Notes under the pieces: model-generated
Told to the model about the DNA's origin: nothing
Databases searched by the model: none
What the model saw: only the letters and a program-made list of their open reading frames with translations
Position numbers and translations under genes: made by a program
Source: Candidatus Cloacimonadales bacterium
GTDB taxonomy: Bacteria > Cloacimonadota > Cloacimonadia > Cloacimonadales > JAFGVF01
Length of the DNA stretch: 64,000 nt
Reading direction: 5' to 3'
NCBI GenBank assembly: GCA_963677495.2
Contig: CAXXOU010000004.1
Span: 864,001-928,000 of the forward strand
Part shown: positions 29,840 to 40,696 of the stretch, in pieces
How the letters are laid out: every line of letters starts with the position of its first letter
Position numbering within the stretch: position 1 is the stretch's first letter

Positions 29840-32200
29840 TTACTTAATAGCTTCCTTTAAAACATCTTCTACTTTAGTTGCAAAGATGATATTCATGTCT
29901 TTCTTTATCTCTTCAGGAATCTCTTCCAGATGAATCTTGTTCTTCTCAGGAATAATCACGTTAGTAATTCCCTGACGTTTAGCAGCGATAAGCTTTTCAG
30001 GTAATCCACCAATCGCAAGAACCTGACCGGAAAGAGTGATTTCGCCTGTCATCGCTATGTCATGCCGTACTTTCTTTCCACTAAGAATGGAGATGAAAGC
30101 AGTTGCAATGGTAACACCAGCAGATGGACCATCTTTTGGTATTGCACCTTCTGGAATATGAAGATGAATATCCTTCTTCTTATAGAAATCAGGCTCTATC
30201 TTATACTTCTTAGCATGTAATCGTGCATAGCTTAAAGCAGCCATAGCCGATTCCTTCATAACATCACCAAGCTTTCCTGTGAGTTTAACTCTACCACTAC
30301 CCGGCATTGTTACAACTTCAATCTGCATTGTTTCTCCACCTACAGCTGTCCAGGCTAAACCTGTGACTATACCAACTTTATCACGTTTATTGGCTAATGA
30401 TGATGAGTGGATAGGAATTCCTAAGAACTCTTTTACAGATTTATCGTTAAGGGTTATGCGTTTCTTTATATCACCTTCAACATACTTCCTAACGATCTTA
30501 CGAATAATCTGAGCAAACTTACGTTCAAGCTCACGTACACCTGCTTCACGAGTGTAATTTGATATAACATTACTAATCTGCTTTTCAGGAATAGATATCG
30601 TAACTTTATCACCAATATTGTGCTCTTCAATCTGTTTAGGTATTAGGTGTTTCTTAGCAATATTCTGCTTCTCAAACTGAGTATATCCTGGAATTCTAAT
30701 CAATTCCATACGATCCATTAGAGGTGCCGGGATCCCTGCTAAGCTGTTAGCAGTTGTGATGAACATAACTTTTGAAAGGTCATACCCGAAATCAAGATAA
30801 TGATCTCTAAAATCATTGTTTTGCTCAGGATCAAGTACTTCAAGTAGGGCAGAGGCAGGATCACCACGGAAATCCATACTCATCTTATCTATCTCATCCA
30901 TCATGATCAACGGATTCATTGAACCGGCTTTCTTCATACTTTGGATAATAATACCCGGTATTGCACCGACATAAGTTCGTCTGTGCCCTCTAATCTCAGC
31001 TTCATCTCTAACACCACCTAGAGATATCCGTACAAAATCACGATTTAAAGAACGGGCAATAGAACGACCAAGTGAGGTTTTACCAACTCCCGGAGGTCCT
31101 ACAAAACAGATAATCTGACCTTTGGTCTTCTTAGAAAGCTTTATAACTGAGATGAATTCAAGAATACGCTCTTTAACTTTATCTAATCCATAATGGTCAG
31201 CATCAAGGATCTCACGTGCACCTTTTATATCTACTTCATCTGTCTTCTTCATATCCCAAGGAATATCAAGTATCCAGTTTATATAGTTGAGAACAACTCC
31301 ATACTCTTGTGATTGTGGTGCCATTCTTTGAAGACGTTTTAGCTCTTCATCAAAGCGTTTCTTTGCCATAGGACTAAGGTTAACCTTGTCAGCCTTCTCT
31401 TTAAGCTTTATAAGGTTTGAATCATCTTCTTCTGTGATACCCAGTTCTTTATGGATGATCTTTAACTGCTCATTTAAGTAGTATTCACGTTGCATCTTAT
31501 TAAGAGTCTTCTTCACTCGGCCTTCGATGCGCTGCTCTAGTTTAGCAACTTCAATCTCTCGATTCATAGTTCTCAATAATTCAGCTAATCCGGTTTTGAT
31601 ATTATTGTCATTGAATATTCTTTGCTTAGTGTGAATATCAACATTGAAGTATGTAAGTATAAAATAGAATATCTCCACGGGATCATCAAGAGCATCAAGT
31701 GATTGAATCATCTCTTCGGGAAGAGAATTATTAACAGCTATGTAGTCACTGAACAGAGAGCGTAAGTTACGTTGGTAAGCAGTAAGTTCTATTCTATTAA
31801 CATTGAGTTCTAAATCAGTTCTTACCAGGTTCGCTCTCATAAGTTTTTTAGCATTTATAAAGCGTACAACAGTTGCTCTATACATACCTTCAACCAATAA
31901 ACGGATGTTTCCGTCAGGTAACCTGAAACTTTGAAGAATCTGGCAGACAGTACCAGTTCTGTAAAGCTGTTTTGCTGTTGGATTAGCATCTGACTCATCA
32001 CCGTCACGTTGAGTAACACAAAAAATAAGTTTATCATAAACAAGAGCTTGCTCAACTGCTTCCTTTGATATCTCTCTGCCTACGAGTACAGGTGCAATAA
32101 TTCTAGGTGCAATAAGCATACGTCTTAGAGGAATAACATTATATTGTCTGTCCTCAAAATGTTCTATATCTATTTTTTCAGGATTTATTGTAATCGCCAC
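29840..32200 (-). CDS. lon: ATP-dependent protease La
   Basis: [35 protein letters not shown] 32200 after GGAGGA (ORF track 32227). Confidence 0.97.
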   Translation of the reverse strand: MAITINPEKIDIEHFEDRQYNVIPLRRMLIAPRIIAPVLVGREISKEAVEQALVYDKLIFCVTQRDGDESDANPTAKQLYRTGTVCQILQSFRLPDGNIRLLVEGMYRATVVRFINAKKLMRANLVRTDLELNVNRIELTAYQRNLRSLFSDYIAVNNSLPEEMIQSLDALDDPVEIFYFILTYFNVDIHTKQRIFNDNNIKTGLAELLRTMNREIEVAKLEQRIEGRVKKTLNKMQREYYLNEQLKIIHKELGITEEDDSNLIKLKEKADKVNLSPMAKKRFDEELKRLQRMAPQSQEYGVVLNYINWILDIPWDMKKTDEVDIKGAREILDADHYGLDKVKERILEFISVIKLSKKTKGQIICFVGPPGVGKTSLGRSIARSLNRDFVRISLGGVRDEAEIRGHRRTYVGAIPGIIIQSMKKAGSMNPLIMMDEIDKMSMDFRGDPASALLEVLDPEQNNDFRDHYLDFGYDLSKVMFITTANSLAGIPAPLMDRMELIRIPGYTQFEKQNIAKKHLIPKQIEEHNIGDKVTISIPEKQISNVISNYTREAGVRELERKFAQIIRKIVRKYVEGDIKKRITLNDKSVKEFLGIPIHSSSLANKRDKVGIVTGLAWTAVGGETMQIEVVTMPGSGRVKLTGKLGDVMKESAMAALSYARLHAKKYKIEPDFYKKKDIHLHIPEGAIPKDGPSAGVTIATAFISILSGKKVRHDIAMTGEITLSGQVLAIGGLPEKLIAAKRQGITNVIIPEKNKIHLEEIPEEIKKDMNIIFATKVEDVLKEAIK

Positions 32201-32317
32201 TTTTCCTCCTTTGGAATCTGGTTGCAAAAAAGAAGAGTCCCTGCTCTATGTCAATTCATTTATCGTACTGTAATAATAGCATAAAGTTATGATAAAACAA
32301 AATGTCAAGATAAAGAG

Positions 32318-32342
32318 AAAAGTCTGTGTAGTTCACAGACTT
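32318..32342 (-). terminator. Terminator
   Basis: AAGTCTGTG-tagtt-CACAGACTT, pyrimidine run on minus strand. Confidence 0.65.
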
Positions 32343-32363
32343 AAAAATAGTTTGAAAGCTAGT

Positions 32364-32894
32364 TTATTTGAATCTGATTAGAAAAGATGCCATCGGAATG
32401 TACATACTTATATAGCCATCATCACGGAAAGTAACCGGCCAATGAATTGCAAGTATACCCCAATCATTCATTTTTAAATCAAATCCAAGTCCCATACCAT
32501 AGTAGTATTTCTCTTTAATCTCGGTTTCGTAATCTTTACCATCTACTTCCTGTTCCAAAACGTCTAGTTCATGACGATCTTCACGATAATGATATGAGCC
32601 GCCAAGGAAATAGAAGAAAGTGCTTTTTTTGAAATCTTTTAATTTGTAAGTGGCCATACCACCAGCGTTGAAGTATGAATCAAATTTAGCACCTTTTTCA
32701 CCGTCTGCAGCTCCACCAAGAACTAATCCCATACCCCATGGTGAACCACTAATTCTGTACATAAGACCACTGCCGATCAGGTCACTGGCATGAGCTCCCA
32801 TATACTGCTTCGTCGATGTTTCTTTATACTCTATAGCTGTTAGAGTGGTCAGTAGGAAACATACTACCATAATCAAAATAAGTTTTTTAAACAT
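32364..32894 (-). CDS. Hypothetical exported protein, possible small outer-membrane beta-barrel
   Basis: Signal peptide, alternating Gly/aromatic strands, near-terminal Phe. Confidence 0.55.
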   Translation of the reverse strand: MFKKLILIMVVCFLLTTLTAIEYKETSTKQYMGAHASDLIGSGLMYRISGSPWGMGLVLGGAADGEKGAKFDSYFNAGGMATYKLKDFKKSTFFYFLGGSYHYREDRHELDVLEQEVDGKDYETEIKEKYYYGMGLGFDLKMNDWGILAIHWPVTFRDDGYISMYIPMASFLIRFK

Positions 32895-33256
32895 AGATTC
32901 TCCACCTTTTCTTCATAATCTACCTGTGCCGATACTAAACACAGAATTAATATTGTAAAGTTTTTTATTTATCTATGTGAATATTTCACTCCTATTAGAG
33001 TAGTGATTTGTTTAATTATTAATTTATGATATCAGATTGTGTTACAAATCTTAGATCCCCAAAAGGAGAATGTAATACAAGGAAAATTAAATCTTTCGAT
33101 TGAGATATATTTGCTTAAACTTCTGATCCACAATCAAGAATTAGACACTTCTAACATTTGTCAGCTAATTTCAATCTAACAAAAAAATAGTGAAAAAGCT
33201 TGACATCGGATAAGAGAGGATTATGTGGATATAAGAAAATAACACAGGAGGAACAA

Positions 33257-33427
33257 ATGGCTGTTAAAATTAACAAAGAAACATGTATCGGTTGCTCAGC
33301 ATGTATCGACTCATGTCCTGTTGCTGCTTTAGTAATGGAAAATGACAAAGCTGTTGTGAACGAAGAAACTTGTATCGATTGTGGTGCTTGTGTATCAACT
33401 TGCCCAGTTGCTGCTATCGAATTATAA
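33257..33427 (+). CDS. 2[4Fe-4S] clostridial-type ferredoxin
   Basis: Two CxxCxxCxxxCP motifs; ATG 33257 after AGGAGG. Confidence 0.95.
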   Translation: MAVKINKETCIGCSACIDSCPVAALVMENDKAVVNEETCIDCGACVSTCPVAAIEL

Positions 33428-33445
33428 GAAATCTTTTGGATTTTT

Positions 33446-33475
33446 AGGCTATTGAGAAATCAATAGCCTTTATTT
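33446..33475. terminator. Terminator between convergent ferredoxin and mnmE genes
   Basis: AGGCTATTGA-gaaa-TCAATAGCCT-TTTA. Confidence 0.8.
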
Positions 33476-34814
33476 ATTTCCCGATACAGAAATTATCGAA
33501 GATTTTATTTAAGATATCATCGTTTGATATTTTACCAATAACTTCTTCAAGATGCTGTGATGCTTCCTTTAAATCAAATGCTGTGAATTCATAACCAAGT
33601 TCTGCATCAATAGACTCAACTGCTTTCTCCATTGACTTAATTGCATGTAGTACTGCATTAACTTGTCTCCTATTAGTAAGCAATACTGATTCAGATTCAC
33701 TAACTTTAAGTTGTTCTAAAAGCTCCTTCTCAAGATTACCAATGCCATCTGAGGATAGGGCAGAGCATATTATGTAATCTTGATACTCACTCGGTATGAT
33801 CGCATCAGAATTATCAACTTTATTTAGAACCTTGATTATCTTATCGTTATCAATATTCTCAATATAAGCACTAGGACTAATACTGGGCTGTGTTATATCA
33901 TGTACATAAACAACCTTGTCAGCTTTATCAATGATATCTAGAGAACGCTGGATTCCAAGCTTTTCAATGTCATCAGATGTCTCACGGATACCTGCTGTAT
34001 CAAAGAATTTAACCAAATACCCCTGAATTGATACTACCTCTTCAAGATAGTCGCGTGTTGTACCAGGTGTAGGAGTTACAATTGCTCGTTCACATTCCAG
34101 GAACTGATTGAATAAACTGGATTTTCCTGCATTAGGTGCACCTATCAGACAAACCTTTAATCCATCCCTAAGAATTCTACCATTCTCACCGGTGTCAGCA
34201 AGTTGCTTCAACTCATTTATATACACTATCAGTTTTGCTTTCAAGGCAGACATATCAATCTCAGGATTGTCATCTTCTAGAAAATCGATCTCCAGTTCAA
34301 CTTGCATTCGATATGCTATAAGCTTATCAAGAAGCTCTTCTATCTTATGAAATAGCGATCCTTCCAACTGTTTCATTGCTAAATCGTGCGATTTGACTGT
34401 CTGACTATTAATAAGATCGTTAACAGCTTCAGCTTGGGTAAGGTCAAGTTTGTTATTGAGATACGCTCTTAAAGTGAATTCACCCGGATTGGCTAATCTG
34501 ACATCTCTTAAAAGAGCTTGAAGGATTCTGTCTGCAATGAATTGAGAACCATGACAGCTAATCTCGACAACATCCTCTCCGGTATAACTATGTGGTGTTT
34601 TAAAGATAGTACAGAGAACTTGGTCAAGTATGATGTTATTATCAATAAAATCACAAAATGTAACTGTATTAGCATGCCTTTTCTTAATATCTTTGGACAG
34701 ATATTTGTTTACAATGCTAATACAGTTTTCACCACTAACCCGAAGAACGTGAATTCCACCGGTACCTGGTGGAGTTGCTATGGCAACAATGGGATCGTCT
34801 AGGTAATCGGGCAT
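33474..34814 (-). CDS. mnmE: tRNA modification GTPase MnmE
   Basis: AIATPPG, SYTGED..EISCHG, GAPNAGKSS, GTTRD, DTAG, terminal FCIGK. Confidence 0.97.
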   Translation of the reverse strand: MPDYLDDPIVAIATPPGTGGIHVLRVSGENCISIVNKYLSKDIKKRHANTVTFCDFIDNNIILDQVLCTIFKTPHSYTGEDVVEISCHGSQFIADRILQALLRDVRLANPGEFTLRAYLNNKLDLTQAEAVNDLINSQTVKSHDLAMKQLEGSLFHKIEELLDKLIAYRMQVELEIDFLEDDNPEIDMSALKAKLIVYINELKQLADTGENGRILRDGLKVCLIGAPNAGKSSLFNQFLECERAIVTPTPGTTRDYLEEVVSIQGYLVKFFDTAGIRETSDDIEKLGIQRSLDIIDKADKVVYVHDITQPSISPSAYIENIDNDKIIKVLNKVDNSDAIIPSEYQDYIICSALSSDGIGNLEKELLEQLKVSESESVLLTNRRQVNAVLHAIKSMEKAVESIDAELGYEFTAFDLKEASQHLEEVIGKISNDDILNKIFDNFCIGK

Positions 34815-34817
34815 AAA

Positions 34818-35108
34818 TTAGATAACTATCTTTCTCTTTTCTGGATCCGGATGTTGACGATAAATAGTAGCAACAAAGCCAACAATTGATATCTTTGTAC
34901 ATTCCAGTTTTTCACAGATTTCGTCAGTTATCTCTTTCTTTTGGTCTTTGAAGTCCTGAAACTTAATTTTCAGTAACTCGTGATTGTTGAGCTCTCTATC
35001 AATAAGAGCAAGAATCTCATCATTGAAGCCTTTTTGTCCAATGTAAACTATGGGTTTCAAAGGGTTAGCAATTGTGCGTAAACGCAGTATTTTCTGTTTA
35101 TTCAACAT
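34818..35108 (-). CDS. yhbY: CRM-domain RNA-binding protein YhbY
   Basis: LR..ANPLKP...IGQKG, HELLKIK, VG..ATIYR. Confidence 0.88.
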   Translation of the reverse strand: MLNKQKILRLRTIANPLKPIVYIGQKGFNDEILALIDRELNNHELLKIKFQDFKDQKKEITDEICEKLECTKISIVGFVATIYRQHPDPEKRKIVI

Positions 35109-36965
35109 CTATCTCTCCATTATTATCTCTTTTGAGTGCAAATCTTTTAAGATTGCTTCCGGTGTCAATCCAATCTCTGTCATGAGTAACTCGGTACTTC
35201 CATGTGCAATAAATCTATCAGGAATGCCATAGCTTAGAACAATGCAGTGAGTAAACTTAACAGCATCTCTAATCAATGAGCCAAAACCGCCCTTTAAGGC
35301 GTTAGTTTCTATAGTTATAATATAATCATGGTCTTGGGCTATTTTATTGTAAAAGTCGGCGTTGATTGGGTTTACAAATCTAGCATCAATTAATGTAACA
35401 TTTTGATTGATACTGGATACAATCTCAGAACCAATATTAAAACCTTCTCCAATCCCAATAAAAGCTACTCTTTCGCCTGTCTTGACTAAAACCGGTTGTC
35501 CGATCTCAATAGGCTGTTCAAAAGTGTGAGAAGCAGCTTTCCCACGGGGATAACGAAGGGCAATTGGACCATCAATGTAGTTATTGCTAAACTCAAGCAT
35601 TGCTTCAAGTTCAGATTCACTTGAGGGAGCCATAAAGATCAGATCGGGGATTGATGCAAAAAGGGAGATGTCAAAAACACCATGATGAGTTGCTCCATCA
35701 GCACCTACAAGACCTGCTCTGTCCATACAGAGCACAACAGGAAGTTTCTGTAATGCAACATCATGGATAACTTGGTCAACTGCTCTTTGCATGAACGTTG
35801 AGTAAATTGCAACAAATGGCTTTAAGCCTTTTGTTGCTAAACCTGCTGCAAAAGTAATAGCATGTTGCTCAGCTATACCTACATCAAAAAATCTATTTGG
35901 ATATTTACTTGAAAACTCAACTAATCCGGTACCGGATGCCATGGCTGCAGTTATTGCAATTGTTTTATCATCTTCTTCAGCTAACTTGCATAGTTTTACA
36001 CCGAAAATATCGGACCAAGTTGTACTGCCGTTTTTAGGTTTGACCCCTGTCTCTTTACAGTAAGGTCCAACACCATGATATTTATCGGGATGCTGCTCAG
36101 CTAAAGAGAACCCTTTGCCTTTTTTTGTAACCAAATGCAAAAATACAGGACCATCCATATGAGTCATAATGTTTCGGAATATCCTTACAAGGTGCTTGAT
36201 GTCATGCCCATCAACAGGGCCAATATATTTGTAACCTAAATCTTCAAAGATTATGTTTGGTGCCAGAAGATTTATAACTCCACCTTCAAGCTTTCTAGAG
36301 CCTTTGATAATCCTGTTCTTGAACCTATCAGGCATGGATTCTGTAATACTCCAAACCTTACGCTTCAGCTTGTTATATGATTTACTCACCAAGAAGTCAG
36401 ACATATAACTTTGAAGTCCACCTACATTCTTTGAAATTGACATCTCATTATCATTCAGAATGACTAAGAGCTTATTAAGATTAGTATCTCCACCGTGATT
36501 CAGTGCTTCAAAAGACATGCCACCCGTAAGTGCTCCATCACCAATAATAGCAATGCTGAAACCTTTTTCATTGAGGAGTTTCTTGGCATATGCTATTCCT
36601 AAGGCAGCTGAAATTGATGTACTGCTATGACCTACACCAAAAGCATCATATTCGCTTTCACTTATCTTATTGAAACCACTAAGACCGTTATACTGTCTTA
36701 AGGTTGCAAAATCATCATTTCTACCTGTTAGGATTTTGTATGCGTAACTTTGGTGTCCGACATCCCAGACTATAGAGTCGGTTGGTGGATTGAATACTTT
36801 GAGTAGAGCTATTGCTAAATCACAAGCTCCCAGACTTGGGGCTACATGTCCACCGGTCTGGCAAGTTACATCTATAATTCTTTTACGAACTTCGAAACTT
36901 AGCTCTTGAAGCTCTTTTGTAGTCAGCTTTTTTATATCATTCGGATTCTTTATATTCTTGAGCAT
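35109..36965 (-). CDS. dxs: 1-deoxy-D-xylulose-5-phosphate synthase
   Basis: GGHVAPSLG, WDVGHQ, GHSSTSISA, GDGALTGG, DVGIAEQHA, DGATHHG; ATG 36965 after AAGGAG. Confidence 0.97.
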   Translation of the reverse strand: MLKNIKNPNDIKKLTTKELQELSFEVRKRIIDVTCQTGGHVAPSLGACDLAIALLKVFNPPTDSIVWDVGHQSYAYKILTGRNDDFATLRQYNGLSGFNKISESEYDAFGVGHSSTSISAALGIAYAKKLLNEKGFSIAIIGDGALTGGMSFEALNHGGDTNLNKLLVILNDNEMSISKNVGGLQSYMSDFLVSKSYNKLKRKVWSITESMPDRFKNRIIKGSRKLEGGVINLLAPNIIFEDLGYKYIGPVDGHDIKHLVRIFRNIMTHMDGPVFLHLVTKKGKGFSLAEQHPDKYHGVGPYCKETGVKPKNGSTTWSDIFGVKLCKLAEEDDKTIAITAAMASGTGLVEFSSKYPNRFFDVGIAEQHAITFAAGLATKGLKPFVAIYSTFMQRAVDQVIHDVALQKLPVVLCMDRAGLVGADGATHHGVFDISLFASIPDLIFMAPSSESELEAMLEFSNNYIDGPIALRYPRGKAASHTFEQPIEIGQPVLVKTGERVAFIGIGEGFNIGSEIVSSINQNVTLIDARFVNPINADFYNKIAQDHDYIITIETNALKGGFGSLIRDAVKFTHCIVLSYGIPDRFIAHGSTELLMTEIGLTPEAILKDLHSKEIIMER

Positions 36966-37090
36966 GATACTCCTTTTAATCAACATTACAGTCGATGTAA
37001 CAAAATGAAACTGTCAAGGGATAAAGTGTTGTTAAATGAGTTAAAGAACATAAGCATTGCCTTATATGTCTGGCAGAAGTCGCATAAATA

Positions 37091-37165
37091 ACCACGGATG
37101 AACCACGGGTAAACCACGCCCAAACCACGGGAACCGCGGTTAACCCGTGGTTTACCCGTTGTCAA
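37091..37165. repeat. 11-bp periodic ACCACG / CCGTGGT inverted array (copy 2)
   Basis: ACCACG at 37091,37102,37113,37124; CCG(C/T)(G/T)GT at 37134,37145,37156. Confidence 0.8.
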
Positions 37166-37267
37166 CTATTAAACTTTACTCCGACTTTCATTGGTTCCAA
37201 CAATATTTATAGACAGTAATTCTTATCTCTTTATCTTGTGAGTATATAAAGATTAATTGGAGGAAAC

Positions 37268-38362
37268 ATGCAATATTTACCTGTTGATATGATGTATAGC
37301 TTCATGATTGAAGTATTCGAAAAACTTGGAGTTCCATCTACCGAAGCTAAGATGTGCGCAGATGTTCTGATAGAATCAGATTTACGTGGAATAGAATCTC
37401 ATGGCATCGGTCGTTTAAAGATGTATTATGATAGGATAAAAGCCGGTATTCAGTTTGTTGATACGAAGATTGATGTAATTAGCGACAGAGCTGCAACAGC
37501 TGTCTGGGATGGTAATCATGGTATGGGACATGTTATTGCAACAAAAGCTATGCAGGAAGCAATAGATAAAGCTAAAAAATATGGAATTGGTTGTGTAACA
37601 GTGAGAAACTCAACTCACTATGGTATTTGCGGATATTATGCTTCAATGGCAATTGAAAATGATATGATTGGTTTCACATTTACAAATGCCAGACCATCAA
37701 TTGCTCCAACGAATGGTGTTGAACCAATGCTAGGTACAAACCCTATCTGTTTTGGTTGTCCTGCTGATGGAGACTATCCGTTTATCTATGATGCTGCAAC
37801 ATCTATTAGTCAAAGAGGTAAAATTGAAGTACTCGCTAGAGAAGAGAAACCAACACCTGAAGGGTGGGCAATTAACCTGCAAGGTGAAACTCAGACTGAT
37901 ACAGCAAAACTACTAGTGGATTTAGTAAAGAAACAAGCATCTATGCTTCCAATTGGTGGTACTGATGAAGTTACTGGTAGTCATAAAGGGTATGGTCTTG
38001 GAATGATGGTTGAGATTCTGAGTGCTGCACTACAGAATGGAAGCTACTTGCAAGGTCTGCATGGTTGGTCTGAAGATGGAAAGACAAGAGTCCCTTATAA
38101 ATTAGGGCATTTCTTCTTAGCTCTAAATATTGATTTTTTCACTGATATAAAAGACTTCAAAGCTATTGTTGGTGATATAATGCAACAGATGATCAACTCG
38201 GACAAGATTCCAGGTAGAGATAGAATCTATGTAGCTGGAGAAAAAGAGTACATAAATGCTATCAGAGTAAAAAGAGATGGCATCCCTATCGTGCCCAATC
38301 TGCGCAAAGATATCGAAGTTATGCAGAAGGAACTGGGAATAGATACTATAAAGTTTGATTAA
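37268..38362 (+). CDS. Ldh_2 family oxidoreductase (malate/L-lactate/ureidoglycolate dehydrogenase-like)
   Basis: DLRGIESHG, RNSTHYG, LGTNPI, DAATS, HKGYGL. Confidence 0.9.
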   Translation: MQYLPVDMMYSFMIEVFEKLGVPSTEAKMCADVLIESDLRGIESHGIGRLKMYYDRIKAGIQFVDTKIDVISDRAATAVWDGNHGMGHVIATKAMQEAIDKAKKYGIGCVTVRNSTHYGICGYYASMAIENDMIGFTFTNARPSIAPTNGVEPMLGTNPICFGCPADGDYPFIYDAATSISQRGKIEVLAREEKPTPEGWAINLQGETQTDTAKLLVDLVKKQASMLPIGGTDEVTGSHKGYGLGMMVEILSAALQNGSYLQGLHGWSEDGKTRVPYKLGHFFLALNIDFFTDIKDFKAIVGDIMQQMINSDKIPGRDRIYVAGEKEYINAIRVKRDGIPIVPNLRKDIEVMQKELGIDTIKFD

Positions 38363-38373
38363 TAATTATCATT

Positions 38374-38403
38374 TAAAGAGCGAAGTCTAACTTCGCTCTT
38401 TAT
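38374..38403 (+). terminator. Terminator after Ldh_2 gene
   Basis: TAAAGAGCGAAGT-cta-ACTTCGCTCTTTA. Confidence 0.75.
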
Positions 38404-38417
38404 CGTTTAGAGGAACT

Positions 38418-38792
38418 ATGGATATTATATACAAGCAAGAATCGTACAATATTCAAGGTGGAATTTTTGAAGTATATAAAGAAATGGGTGCTGGATTTTT
38501 AGAAAGCGTTTATCAAGAGTGTTTAGAAAGAGAGTTTTTTCGAAGAAAAATTCCATTTGAAGCTCATCCATTACTGCAAATCTCATATAAGGGTGAAATG
38601 ATAAATCAGAATTTCATACCTGATTTTGTGTGCTACGATAAGATCATTGTCGAGATAAAAGCTGTATGTAGTTTAAATGAAGTTCATAAAGCTCAGTTAA
38701 TTAACTATCTTAAGTGTACAGGATTCAAACTTGGGATGTTGGTAAATTTCGGGGAGTATCCTAAAGCTGTCATCAAAAGAATTGTTATTTAA
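38418..38792 (+). CDS. GxxExxY protein (PD-(D/E)xK nuclease-like)
   Basis: GAGFLESVY, PDFV..DKIIVEIKA, HKAQLINYLK, GMLVNFG. Confidence 0.92.
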   Translation: MDIIYKQESYNIQGGIFEVYKEMGAGFLESVYQECLEREFFRRKIPFEAHPLLQISYKGEMINQNFIPDFVCYDKIIVEIKAVCSLNEVHKAQLINYLKCTGFKLGMLVNFGEYPKAVIKRIVI

Positions 38793-38802
38793 AATCAATA
38801 GA

Positions 38803-38916
38803 TCACAAAAAACACGAAAGACACGAAAAAAAGAAATGGAACTTGTTGAATTATGTTAAGTGTATGGCACATCTACATCATTAAAATGTTTTCGTGCTTT
38901 TCGTGTTTTTTGTGGT
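38803..38916. repeat. Inverted pair of 9-bp CACGAAA tandem repeats
   Basis: CACAAAAAACACGAAAGACACGAAAA (38804-38829) / TTTTCGTGCTTTTCGTGTTTTTTGTG (38889-38914). Confidence 0.75.
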
Positions 38917-38940
38917 TAATATTTCTGATTAGAAATTAAA

Positions 38941-38968
38941 AAAGTCTGCCGTTTTAACAGCAGACTTT
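38941..38968 (-). terminator. Terminator after ferritin
   Basis: AAAGTCTGC...GCAGACTTT preceded by A-run. Confidence 0.7.
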
Positions 38969-38985
38969 CATTATGTAAGTATCAA

Positions 38986-39495
38986 TTACGCACCTGCTGG
39001 TGGAGTAAATGACCTTGTTGCCAGTTCTTTATCCATCATGTAAAGTGTATGTGGATTAGCTGAAACCATCTTGATAGTTGTGAGAAGTTTATCTACGTTA
39101 GCTTCCTCTTCTACTTGCTCATCGATGTACCATTGTAAGAAACTCTTTGCAGCATGATCTTTTTCATCAATCGCTACGTTCATAAGATTGTTTATGCAAT
39201 CAGTAATAAATCTTTCATGCTTTAAAGTCATCTCAAACACTTGAGTAACATTTTCGAAATCAGTCTCTGGTTTATCTATTGCCTGTAAAACAACAGTTCC
39301 ACCGCGTTCAACAACATAATCAAAAAGCTTCATTGCATGAAAGCTTTCCTCTTCATATTGCACATGCATCCAATTGGCAAAACCATCAAGGTTTTGACTT
39401 TTGAACCATGCCGACATTGAAAGGTACAGATAAGCTGAGTAGAATTCTCTATTTATCTGATCATTTATCTCTTTTTCTAACTTTACTGTTATCAT
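38986..39495 (-). CDS. ftnA: Non-heme ferritin
   Basis: QINREFYSAYLYLSM, EEE..HAMK, HE, FLQWYIDEQVEEE; ATG 39495 after AAGGAGG. Confidence 0.93.
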   Translation of the reverse strand: MITVKLEKEINDQINREFYSAYLYLSMSAWFKSQNLDGFANWMHVQYEEESFHAMKLFDYVVERGGTVVLQAIDKPETDFENVTQVFEMTLKHERFITDCINNLMNVAIDEKDHAAKSFLQWYIDEQVEEEANVDKLLTTIKMVSANPHTLYMMDKELATRSFTPPAGA

Positions 39496-39496
39496 T

Positions 39497-40678
39497 TTAT
39501 TCCTCCTTGAATTCTTCAAGTTTTTCACTGACTCTATCAGTGATAGCTTTTAAATCTTCATCCCCTGGGATATACTGATGACGAATCTTATCCATAATTG
39601 TGAACCCACACTCTTTAAGATATGTTTCAACTATTCCTACAGCTTGACCACCCCAGCCATATGAACCGAAGGCAAGACCGATTCTATCCTGTGGACTAAG
39701 ACCTTTAAGGTAGGTTAAGAAAGCTGCAACTGTTGGCAGAATTCCATTATTGAGAGTAGGTGATCCAACACATATATACTTTGCAGTAGCAACTTCTGTC
39801 ATCACATCAGAGATATGATCATTTTGCAGGTTGACCATTCTTACATGGATACCGGCATGATTGAATGATCTTTGGATGGCATAAGCCATCTTTCTTGTAG
39901 ATTCCCACATTGTATCATAAACGATTAGAGCGTACTTTTCATCTGCTTCATTATGGGACAACATATGATACTCTTCTAGAATCTCTTTTATATATTTCTC
40001 CCATATAAGTCCATGACTTGGGCAAATCATCTCTACATCGAGTGACTTTACTATCTCCAATGCTTTGACAACCATCTTTCTAAATGGGAGAACAATGTTT
40101 GCAAAATATTTCCGAGCTTCTTCAATAGCTATGCTAAACGGATATTCGGAGTCAATTCTTTGTGATGATGCAATGTGCTGTCCAAAAGAATCATTTGAGA
40201 ACAAAATCTTCTCTTCAGGACAATAAGTAACCATGTTGTCAGGCCAGTGAATCATAGGAGTTGGAACAAAGTGCAGTGTTCTTTCACCTAAACTTATTGT
40301 GTCGCCACCTTTTACTATCTCAAGATTGAAATCTTTTTTATACATAAGTTTCAGTGCTTTATCAGCATTTCCTGTTGCATAGATCTTAGCATTAGGTACT
40401 AACTCTGTAAGCATTGGCAAGCCACCTGAATGGTCACCTTCAACATGATTTTGAACTATGATATCAATCTTAGAGGGGTCTATAATCTTTGAGATTCTTT
40501 CTAACATCTCCGGATAAAGCTTAGCCTTAACATTGTCGATAAGTGTCACTTTCTCATCAATAATTAAGTATGCATTATAAGTAGAACCTCTTTGAGTAAG
40601 GTAGCCATGAAAGTTCCTTAAATCCCAATCAATAACTCCTACCCAATAAACTCCTTTTCTAAGTTCTCTAGGTAACAT
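39497..40678 (-). CDS. fprA: Flavodiiron protein (FprA/type A flavoprotein)
   Basis: GSTYNAYLI, NHVEGDHSG, HWPD, FSNDSFGQH, PSHG, FGSYGWGG. Confidence 0.93.
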   Translation of the reverse strand: MLPRELRKGVYWVGVIDWDLRNFHGYLTQRGSTYNAYLIIDEKVTLIDNVKAKLYPEMLERISKIIDPSKIDIIVQNHVEGDHSGGLPMLTELVPNAKIYATGNADKALKLMYKKDFNLEIVKGGDTISLGERTLHFVPTPMIHWPDNMVTYCPEEKILFSNDSFGQHIASSQRIDSEYPFSIAIEEARKYFANIVLPFRKMVVKALEIVKSLDVEMICPSHGLIWEKYIKEILEEYHMLSHNEADEKYALIVYDTMWESTRKMAYAIQRSFNHAGIHVRMVNLQNDHISDVMTEVATAKYICVGSPTLNNGILPTVAAFLTYLKGLSPQDRIGLAFGSYGWGGQAVGIVETYLKECGFTIMDKIRHQYIPGDEDLKAITDRVSEKLEEFKEE

Positions 40679-40696
40679 AATTCCTCCATTTATATA

